The notes beneath the pieces were generated by a model. It did no database searches. It worked only from the letters and a program-made list of their open reading frames with translations, and had not been told where the DNA came from. 64,000 bases of DNA from NCBI RefSeq assembly GCF_006345805.1, contig NC_042999.1:25234001-25298000 (forward strand), read 5' to 3'. A program made the translations under genes and the position numbers. Origin of the DNA: Octopus sinensis. Taxonomy: Eukaryota. Position 1 is the first letter of the stretch; each line of letters opens with the position of its first letter. This document shows, piece after piece, positions 54,387 to 64,000 of the stretch.

Positions 54387-54625
54387 ATCTATATATATAT
54401 AGGTCGCCATGTTAGATCGCTAGCCACTACACACATTTTTCCTCTCCTTTTTGTATCTCCTTTTTTCTCTCCTTGTTTCTCTCCTTGTTTTTTCTGTGTT
54501 CCTTTCTATAGAAGAGCGTAGGGTTCAAACGTAAAAGACTTTTTCTATTGCTGAGCGTTATACTAATACATCTGTTTGTTTTGTACACCAACTGTCTTCG
54601 TCTTTTGTTTTTTTTCGTAAACTCT
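53439..54625 (+). mobile_element. 5'-truncated PLE: GIY-YIG pseudogene plus two partial tandem pLTRs, each with a degenerate hammerhead
   Basis: CHRPRCLTC...FTCTSSNVIYCISC...LYIVQTRRRFADRLIEH...VSRHF..GH (53439..53840). Hammerhead-like motifs at 54185..54220 and 54502..54537. Confidence 0.85.
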
Positions 54626-54707
54626 CCCTATACACACACACACACACACAGACACACACACACACACACACAGACACACACACACACACACAGACACACA
54701 CACACAC

Positions 54708-54742
<35 letters not shown>

Positions 54743-54970
54743 GACCCACCTTTCTCATCTAGTGTGAAAGACCTATGTCCTAATGGTCTTTTCTCGAGAG
54801 AACCTTTCCCCCAGTAAAATATGTATCAGTATTTTCAACAGAAATATCACAAAACTCCTCCTCTAACACACAGTACAGTTAATGTAGATATATTGATACA
54901 TTATATCCTTCATCAGAAAATGTTTAGGTCAATAGATGCACACAGATATCAATTGTCACCAACCGTGTAG

Positions 54971-55129
54971 AAGCTTGAGAGGTGGTTAGATGGAACCTAC
55001 ACTCACCTCCTTATGAGAGCTCAAAATCTCTCGTGGAAGCGTCATCCAACCAAAATGCAAATATATGGGAAGCTACCACCTGTGTCATCTCTCGTGAAAG
55101 GTAGGAGAGTCCAGTTTGCTGGACATTGT
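54971..55129 (+). mobile_element. RTE-clade LINE RT thumb fragment
   Basis: KLERWLDGTYTHLLMRAQNLSWKRHPTKMQIYGKLPPVSSLVKGRRVQFAGHC, which resembles the RTE-type RRxxxAGHC thumb. Confidence 0.7.
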
Positions 55130-55471
55130 TCGTGCTGTAGTTGATATTGCTATTAATGTTATTGCTGATGTCGTGGCGCCCGTCGTCGTCGTTGTTATTG
55201 TTGTTACACTCGAGTCTACATCGCATCAGAGTTATTTCATTTCTGTTTGTTTTCTTTTCAGTTTATGAATATGTTGGCTTTGAACGTATATATGTTGCGT
55301 AAATATGTAAGATAGAGTGTGCTCTCCAGAATATACCTCACAATTATATTTCTTTCTTCTATTTACACCATCCCACTTACGAAGAACAATCTGTCAACTT
55401 CCACATCATTGATGTTGTCAGGAATATGACGTAGAACGGGAATGAAAGAGCAAACTTAGCATTGTGTGTGC

Positions 55472-55518
<47 letters not shown>

Positions 55519-55619
55519 GTATATATGTGTGTTGTGTGTGTGTGTGTGTGTGTGTGTCTGTGTCTGTGTGTTTGTATATATATATCTATATATATATGCA
55601 TATGTATAATATGCATATG

Positions 55620-55840
55620 CATGTGTGTGTGTCTGTTTGTCTGTGTCTGTCCCCTCAACATCGCTTGACAACCGATGCTGGTGTGTTTAGGTCCTAGTAA
55701 CTTAGCTTTTCGGCAAAAGAGACCGATAGAATAAGTACTAGGCTTACAAAGAATAAGTCCTGGCGTCGATTTTCTCGACTAAAGGCGGTGCTCCAGCATG
55801 ACCACAGTCAAATTACTGAAACAAGTAAAAGAGTAAAAGA
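55620..55840 (+). mobile_element. SINE family B tail
   Basis: Matches the 3' half of 60174..60585. Confidence 0.85.
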
Positions 55841-56633
55841 GCATATGTATATATACATGTATGTATAGATATATACATATGTATGCATATGAATACACAT
55901 ATGTGTGTGTATGTATATATACACCACATATAAAGATATTCATAAAGTCGTTAATTATATGCCATACTCAACAATAGGTTGTTTTTCTTTATATAATGTG
56001 GCCTGCAGAATTTCTGTATACTTATTAAAACACCACCAAATTCTTTGGGAAAGTAGATAACACGGAACTCACATATGAAGCTGATAGACGTAACTAACAT
56101 GCAGCACTTTTAGATAATTTTACGAAATTCTTAAGACTAACCGTCGCACATATAAACTTAATTATGAAGTAAAAAAAATCTTGCCTCTAAGTTAATCGTA
56201 GACGGCCGCATAGAATGTCTTGATGCAAGAACCCGATTGTGATCGTAAGCTCAAAACAGTAGCAGCAGCTTAATTAAACTCATGGAAAGGAATTGGATTT
56301 TGTGAGAGAGTTATCTACACTGAACTCACCTCCGCAACGCCTTCTAGAGCATTTAGAATTCTGATACTGAGATCGTCTCGGTAATTGACATGGCGCTAAA
56401 CACAGTACAATGCTACTTGTGTTTGGCCAGTGAACAACAGAATTGTTTGATAGAGAAGAATAAAGAAGATTTAGAAATATCTGATGTATAAAAGCTACAC
56501 CTTGTCCTGTACTTAGATTGTCTTGTCATGAAAGTTTATCCTAACCCCTTCATATAGGTTTCTCGACTATTTAATGCTATTTCTCTATTAAATTTTTTGC
56601 GGATTTTCCTGCTTTAATTATTATATTTAAATA

Positions 56634-57190
56634 CGAGTCAAACGCAGCCCGTCCAATCGACGGTGCTGAATCATATCTGCTGAATAAAAAGCAATCAGTG
56701 TTTTCTTTTCATTAAAAAATAATTAAGCATGCCTTTATTTCAATATAATTTTTGATTTTGGTAAAGAAAGTTGAGGCAAAAAAAAAGCTTCTTGAGAAAC
56801 CAAATAGTCTTTCCTTCCTTCATGCCAAGTTTGAAAAAAATATCTCTTTTGCATCTTACTTTTTTGGTCTCTTAAATATACTGCATTTTGTGGCATTATT
56901 TCAAGCCAGCCGGGTTTTTTTTTGCACAAACTGCACGTGCATTTTTCTCGCGTACGTGTAGTACCGATCGCAACAGCTGATGTACTTGCGCGTACAAATG
57001 CACGTTCCCACGGCTTTATCGATTGCATTCTTACCTGGAATCGATTTTTGTAATTTTTTCAAGACTTATACACGCCCTGATACCGTCGGTATCTACACAT
57101 CAAATTTGAGCGCAATCGGATGGAGGATGCCCGAGATCCTAGTAGACAAACACACAGACAGACAGAACGGATTTTATATGATAGATTAGA
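56634..57190 (-). mobile_element. Helitron-like non-autonomous element with a CTCG 3' end
   Basis: The minus strand starts TC (57185 or 57190), has a perfect hairpin ccgtc-caatc-gacgg (56649..56663), and ends CTCG before a host T. Confidence 0.55.
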
Positions 57191-57430
57191 TGTAGCTGAA
57201 TTATATAGTTGTCGATGTTTTTTTTTATTTTGAGAGTCAATTCCGTTCTGATTGTAAATGACTCTGACTGCAACTGATTTCGTTCGTTAACCAAACGAAA
57301 TATATTCTTCTGCTTTGTGTAGATTAGGGAGAGATGAATTAGAATGAAGTTCAGCATAAGTGTACAGTCTGAAGAGTAGGGAGGACATTGTTTATAATAA
57401 TGGTTAACACGACAGTCTTTGGTCAACTTT
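57190..57430 (-). mobile_element. Degraded PLE GIY-YIG fragment interrupted by the Helitron
   Basis: DCRVN..KQCPPYSSDC...TELTLKIK..NYIIQ loosely parallels 14360..14640. Confidence 0.4.
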
Positions 57431-57803
57431 TGCCAAGGACAGCATATTTTGGTTTCTAAACTGCCTGAATATGCCTATGAAGTCGTTTCTTGATCTATAG
57501 CATAAGCGATCATGCTGCATGAAATTATATAGATAAATACGTATATACATACATGCATACATACACACAAACACACACACATATACACACATAAGTATAT
57601 ACTTGCATATATATACATATATGTGTATATATATATATATGTGTATACATATCTTTTATTAAACTTTTAATACTTTTGATATATATTTAAAATAATATAA
57701 ATTAAATTAATTTTATGTATTGGCTTATGTTTTTCATTGTTTGATTTGCCTAATAGTGGTTTTATCTCTAATTTAATATAATACATATATATATATATTA
57801 TAT

Positions 57804-57854
<51 letters not shown>

Positions 57855-57914
57855 CATACATACATACATACATGCATATACATACATATTTAAAATGTGT
57901 GTGGTGTCTAATCT

Positions 57915-58650
57915 GTTGCTTGCTTTAATCATTCGACTTCGGCCAAGCTGAGCCACTGCCCTGAAGAATTTATTGTCGAATGAACCAATCCTAGTACGTT
58001 TTATTTTTGAAGACTGGTTCTTATTCTACCGCTCTCTTTCATCGAGCCGCTGATTTATGTGGATGTAAACTAACCAACAGCAGTTTTCAAGCTGTGCTGG
58101 GATACAAACACAAACCCAAAGGCACCCACCACACACGTACATACACTCATATATGTGCATATACACACACACATATACCACGTATACATATACTTATACA
58201 TCATATAAAGGATATAAGGAGTTTTCGCCAAGATGGCTCAAGCTAATAGGTATGCGTTTTGAGTGCTCAAATAGGTACGCCCCCACCCCGCCAAATTCCA
58301 GTTTGAACAGCAGTTGAAGTTGTGGTTATGTGATTGTCCTGTTCACAACGTTTATAAGTGGTTTCCATTTGAACCTGTAAGTGTAGATTAAAGTAGTGGG
58401 GAAAGGCAAACAATTAGACAAGACACGACAAAGACAATTTAATTCAATTCATATACATACAGACTTACATACGTATACATACACTCACACAGACACATAC
58501 TCGCACACACATATACGATGGGCTTCTTTTAGTTTCCGTCTATGAAATCCAGTTACAAGGCTTTGGCCACCCCGAGGATATAGTAGAAGCTCTTGCAGAA
58601 AGTGCATGCAGTGGAACTGAACCCGGAAAGATGTGGCTGGGAAGAAAAAC
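57915..58650 (-). mobile_element. Degenerate SINE family B split by a long internal insert
   Basis: Tail about 57915..58120, head about 58510..58650. Confidence 0.6.
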
Positions 58651-59134
58651 ATTCTGTCCTTTTCAAGCTTATTTCGGTAATCTGAATATGTGTGTAGATG
58701 TTATATTTATGTGAGGTATGGAGTTGAAAATTCCGGAAATTGTTCTGCAGATTAATTTTGTAACAAAACAGGAGATTGGAGAACATGTTGGTATAATCTA
58801 TTCACTATTATACATATTTGACTTGCTAATAGGAGTTAAAGTGTTGTATCTGTTGGTGAAATATGTAGGGAATCTTCTACATGTAGAATTTTGTAACTCC
58901 CATTAGTAAATCAAACATATATACTGGCGAATAAACTAAGAAAATTTTCCAATCTTCTGTTCTGATATACTCAGATATATATATATTATATATCAAATGA
59001 AATCAAAAACAGAACACAAAGGATGTCGCGATACACGTGTTTCAAGCTTTATAAACGACCTATAAAAATAGCTACTAGCTGGCGTATACAGGTGCTTACA
59101 CTTATTAAGTAGTATTCACCCTAAATTTATTGTA

Positions 59135-59223
<89 letters not shown>

Positions 59224-59254
59224 TAGTATATATATATATGTATATGTATATGTT

Positions 59255-59460
59255 TGTGTGTCTGTGTTTGTCCCCCCACCCACTATCGTTTGACAACCGA
59301 TGCTACTGTGTTTATGTCCCCGTAACTTAGCGGTTCCGCAAAAGCGACAGGTAGAACAAGTACTAGGCTTACAAAGAATAAGTCGTTGGGTGGATTTCTT
59401 CGACTAAAGGCGGTGCACCGACATGGCTGCAGTCAAATGACTGAAACAAATAAAAGAATA
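59255..59460 (+). mobile_element. SINE family B tail
   Basis: Matches the 3' half of 60174..60585. Confidence 0.82.
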
Positions 59461-59639
59461 TATTTATATATATGTGTGTGTGTGTGTGTGTGCGTGTGTG
59501 TCTGTGTGTATGTGTGTATATATATGCATATATATATGTGTGTGTATGTATGCATTTTCATATATGCACACGTCTATACACACATACGATGCCTGTGCTT
59601 TTCGCGTTCGTGAATATATGTTGAAGTATATATGAATGG

Positions 59640-59941
59640 TGGAGGCGCAATGGCCCAGTGGTTAGGGCAGCGGACTCGCGGTCGGAGGATCGCGGTTTCG
59701 ATTCCCAGACCGGGTGTTGTGTGTGTTTATTGAGCGAATACACCTAAAAGCTCCACGAGGCTCCGGCAGGGGGTGGTGATCCCTGCTGTACTCATTCACC
59801 ACTCTTTCTCACTCTTTCTTCTTTTGGCCTGCTCGCTTAGCCAGCGAGGTGGCGTCGTTCGAAGGCTAAAACAATGCGAACGCATTGTGACCAGCGATGT
59901 GTAGCAACATTTGATGGTCTGGTCGGTCACGTGATCACGTG
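59640..59941 (+). mobile_element. SINE family A variant with a different 3' tail, 12-bp TSD
   Basis: TSD atatatgaatgg at 59628..59639 and 59942..59953. The head matches family A; the tail is unrelated after about 59800. Confidence 0.9.
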
Positions 59942-60173
59942 ATATATGAATGGAGATGAGAGGCCTATAGCTTAGGATGGTTTTAAATAAACTGCTGTGA
60001 TCTATGAGGTAACTAAATTCTCATGCTCGCTACTCTAGATATATTCGATATGAACTTTACCCTCCAATTTTAAAGCGAACTTATAGAAAAGGAATTTCAA
60101 TATCAAATGCGTTGTACATTTGTTACAGATATTATGCATTGATAGTAACAGTAATTCATAAACAGTGCTAACA

Positions 60174-60334
60174 TAGGCGCAGGAGTGGCTGTGTGGTAAG
60201 TAGCTTGCTAACCAACCACATGGTTCTGGTTTCAGTCCCACTGCGTGGCACCTTGGGCAAGTGTCTTCAGCTATAGCCCCGGGCCGACCAATGCCTTGTG
60301 AGTGGATTTGGTAGACGGAAACTGAAAGCCTGTC

Positions 60335-60371
<37 letters not shown>

Positions 60372-60585
60372 TGTGTGTGTGTTTGTGTGTCGGTGTTTGT
60401 TCTCCTAGCATTGCTTGACAACTGATGCTGGTGTGTTTATGTCCCCGTCACTTAGCGGTTCGGCAAAAGAGACCGATAGAATAAGTACTGGGCTTACAAA
60501 GAATGTCCCGGAGTCGATTTGCTCGACTAAAGGCGGTGCTCCAGCATGGCCGCAGTCAAATGACTGAAACAAGTGGAAGAGAGAA
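60174..60585 (+). mobile_element. SINE family B, full length
   Basis: Complete head, CORE-like block, (TA)n and tail. Confidence 0.9.
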
Positions 60586-62029
60586 AGAGATTCGAATGAG
60601 ATTTAGGATTGCCATCTAATGATTATCAATGGTGGATATATAACTTCTACACGAAGTATTACCATGATCAGACTATATCGCTAAATATAGTTCAGTCACT
60701 TATATTCATCATATACTATGAATTTGTTCGTGTAAGCACCATTATAAACTATGTATATATATGTGAGTATGTATATGGGTGTAATTCCACTCTCTCCCTC
60801 CCCTCCCTATTTCTATGTATATATGTATGTATATCTATATGCGCACGTGTGTTTCTGTGTGTGTGTGTGAGTGTACGTACAAAATGTCAGTGTTACTTTC
60901 GAGATGTTATATTTAACATGGATCTAATGACTACTGAAATATATCAATCTTCACTTCGGTACTGTTATTCACATAAAAATAAACATTACACAAACATTAT
61001 GGACTCTTAAGACATATTCAGGCTTTCTCGATGTTCTGTTCATCTGCAGGAAACTGAAGTGGTCGCTCAGCAGAAGAAAACTTACCATTTGTATACAGTA
61101 TCTAACCTATACGTCCACATTTGTATACAATATCTAACCTATATATCCACATGAATCACGCACACATAAGCATACCGGCAGATATATATACACACACACA
61201 CACACAGAGGCACACACATATATCAACATACATACATACATACATGAATCACGCACACATAAGCATACCGGCAGATACACACACATATACACATACACAC
61301 ACATACACACACACATATACCAACATACATACATACATACATACATACATACATACATACAATCATGCATAGATACATACATACGTACATACATATATAT
61401 ATGTGTGTGTGTGTGTGTGTACGTGACTGTTTACATGTGCTTGCCTATATATAAATATGTGTGCTTATATATATATCCCCTCCCTCCCTCTCTCCCTCCC
61501 TTCCTCCCTCTCTCCCTCCCTTCCTCCCTCCCCCCTTCCTCCCTCTCTCTCTCTTCCTCTATATGTAGATATTTATATATCTATATACATTTTAAAGAGC
61601 ACACTTTCACACAGGCTATATATGATTATATGATTAAAATATACCGCCACGAACAAACACGAAAATGTGACTAAATATGTATATTCATATAAACATAAGA
61701 AATATATTATACATAGCTACAAAGGGAATGTCCTGTGCGTCGGCAAGTTAGTAGCTACTCAAACTGAAGCTATAAATATTAATCATTAATATAAAAACTA
61801 AATGATTTCCAAATCTTAAAAATGCAGAACTTTATGCCCGAAATTCAGAATAATTTAGCAAATAGCTAATGTTTTGTAAAGGAAGTTGTTTAGCCAATGA
61901 AGTTCCACTGCAACTGTTGAAAATTAGTTATTGGTTTGTTTTATAACTTTCAAAGTGTTGTTTTATATCTTGCCCTTGCCTTTTTATTGTTTGCATTACT
62001 TGCCTATATATTTGTCTTCCATAACTACT

Positions 62030-62834
62030 ATGACTCTTGCTTATATATTTTTGCGTGACCTGCATGATGAATTTCCTGAAATTAGGGGTGGAATGTATAG
62101 GGACGATACACATTTTGTCATCAAGGATGCATCTAAATAGAATGATTTAAGAAACGATTTGATAAATGTTTCAACAGACATGGACTTTCCCTCTTTATTG
62201 AAAAAAATAACTCAGTTAACTTTTTGGATGATAATTTCAATCTAATAGCCGGTAAACACGAACCTTTTCATAAATTAAATACAAATTTAAGCTATATTAG
62301 TTTCCTAAGTAATCGTCCAAGATAATTAAAAGCACATTAGTCTCCAACACTGGGAAATGACTAACACATCTATTATCTAATGAAAACATATTTATGAAAT
62401 ACGCAGATTATTACAACATGGCTCTAGCTAAAGCTGGATATAGAGACACAATAAAATACCATAGACCAAACGATATAAATGAATACGATAGAATTAAAAC
62501 TGTAAAATTTGGCAATTCAGTTAAAGCTATAACTAGTAGAAAAATAAACGTAACATTAATAATACCTCTGTTAATAAATCGCTAAGTGATAATAATAAAG
62601 TTAAAATTAATATGAATCAACCTCGAAATAGTAAACAAAATACAGAAAAATTCAAGAGTGGCTGTGCTATAGGCGCAGGAGTGGCCGTGTGATAAGAAGC
62701 TAGCTTCCCAACCACATGACTACGGGTTCGGTCCCACTGCGTGTCAATTTGGGCAAGTGCCTTCTACTATAGCCTCGGGCTGACCAAGGCCTTGTGAGTG
62801 GATTTGGTAGACGGAAACTTAAAGAAGCCCGTCG

Positions 62835-62868
<34 letters not shown>

Positions 62869-63088
62869 GTATTAAATTAGAGACAAAACCACTATTAGGC
62901 AAATCAAACAATGAAGAACTTAAGCCAATACATATTATTATTTAATTTATATTATTTAAATATATAACAAAATTATTAAAAAAATATAATTAATTTCACA
63001 CTACGATCGTTTCATGCCTGCTAACTTCTTCAAATTTTTGAGTCGCAGTCATTCATCATATATATTATATATATATGTATTATATATA

Positions 63089-63150
<62 letters not shown>

Positions 63151-64000
63151 ATGTTTGTGTGTCTGTGTTAGTCCCCCAACATCGCTTGACAACTGATGCT
63201 GGTTTGTTTACGTCACCGTAACTTAGCGGTTCGGCATAAGAGCCCGATTAGAATAAGAACTAGGCTTACAAAGAATAAGTCCTAGTGTCAATTTTCTTGA
63301 CTAAAGGCGGTACTCCAGCATAGCCGCAGTCAAATGACTGAAAAAAAATAAAAGAATAAAAGAATATAAACCTAAGATTAATAATAAACAACCATTCAAT
63401 AGTTATGATTATTCTCATAAAGATAAATATCTAATTAATAAACATGATGGTATGAATAAACAAATTACCTTGAATACCAACACCATTGATAATTCACACA
63501 ATTTTCAAAATAGTAAAAACTAATCATATACTCCTTCCATTAACTCTTCTAAATCTAAAAATGATCAGAAGCTTTCTAAAAATAATTCTGTTGAGCATAA
63601 TAGGATTTGGTTAATTATTTCATATGCAATGTAAATTTTAAAATAATATAATTAAATCGATATATAAGTTTATTTATAAGCATTTTAACACCGATAACAA
63701 ATGTAGTGATATTATCATTTATAAAAATATCAAAATTGGTAGCCTGGTCTCAATTATATCATCTTTTAACAATGGAAAATTAAATAAATTCTTCTCTAAT
63801 AGAAATATCCAAGATATTAATTCATCTCAATTTAAACCCAGTCCCCTAATCTCTTGCAATAATACTAACGGCCATAGATTCCCGAACGAGAGGAGGAAAA
63901 TAAACCACAGTAGCTCCCTTGCAATCAATTATTTTAATAAATATATATAAAAGAATGTAAACGATTATTGTGACTGTAAAGTTAAAACTAATTGTAAAGT
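62030..64000 (+). mobile_element. Degraded PLE RT, thumb and linker, interrupted at about 62660..63365
   Basis: GGMYRDD, NSVNFLD, SYISFLSN, NMALAKAGY, then IW...KHF...KI linker-like remnants. Confidence 0.7.
62669..63365 (+). mobile_element. SINE family B with a PLE pLTR fragment (62870..63040, minus strand) nested in its (TA)n
   Basis: Head 62669..62835, tail about 63130..63365. The insert shares gagacaaaaccactatt with palindrome 2 and has a degenerate hammerhead at 62997..63037. Confidence 0.8.

Noticed and set aside
58660-58950. Possible further PLE GIY-YIG relic on the minus strand
   Set aside because: Similarity is too weak to support by eye.

Overview
This is AT-rich, microsatellite-dense, repeat-dominated eukaryotic DNA, most likely from an octopus (inferred from the SINE families and the density of (TA)n/(TATG)n arrays, not proven). 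Only one host gene is supportable: a single-coding-exon muscarinic acetylcholine receptor, apparently B-type, on the minus strand (45470..48268, 932 aa, ~560-aa third intracellular loop). Nearly all other ORF-track entries are translated microsatellites or repeat fragments. The rest of the window holds three tRNA-like SINE families, mariner/Tc1 relics, non-autonomous Helitrons, RTE and R4/Dong-like LINE fragments, and many Penelope-like element (PLE) remnants. The most striking unexplained structure is a set of minimal type I hammerhead ribozyme (HHR) motifs, all embedded in (TA)n tracts. Two near-perfect spacer-less palindromes (1354..1510 and 1628..1999) each carry one hammerhead per strand. 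A separate family with a palindromic ACGT in place of helix III recurs five times with covarying stem I. All folds and alignments were done by eye; ribozyme activity and family names are untested.
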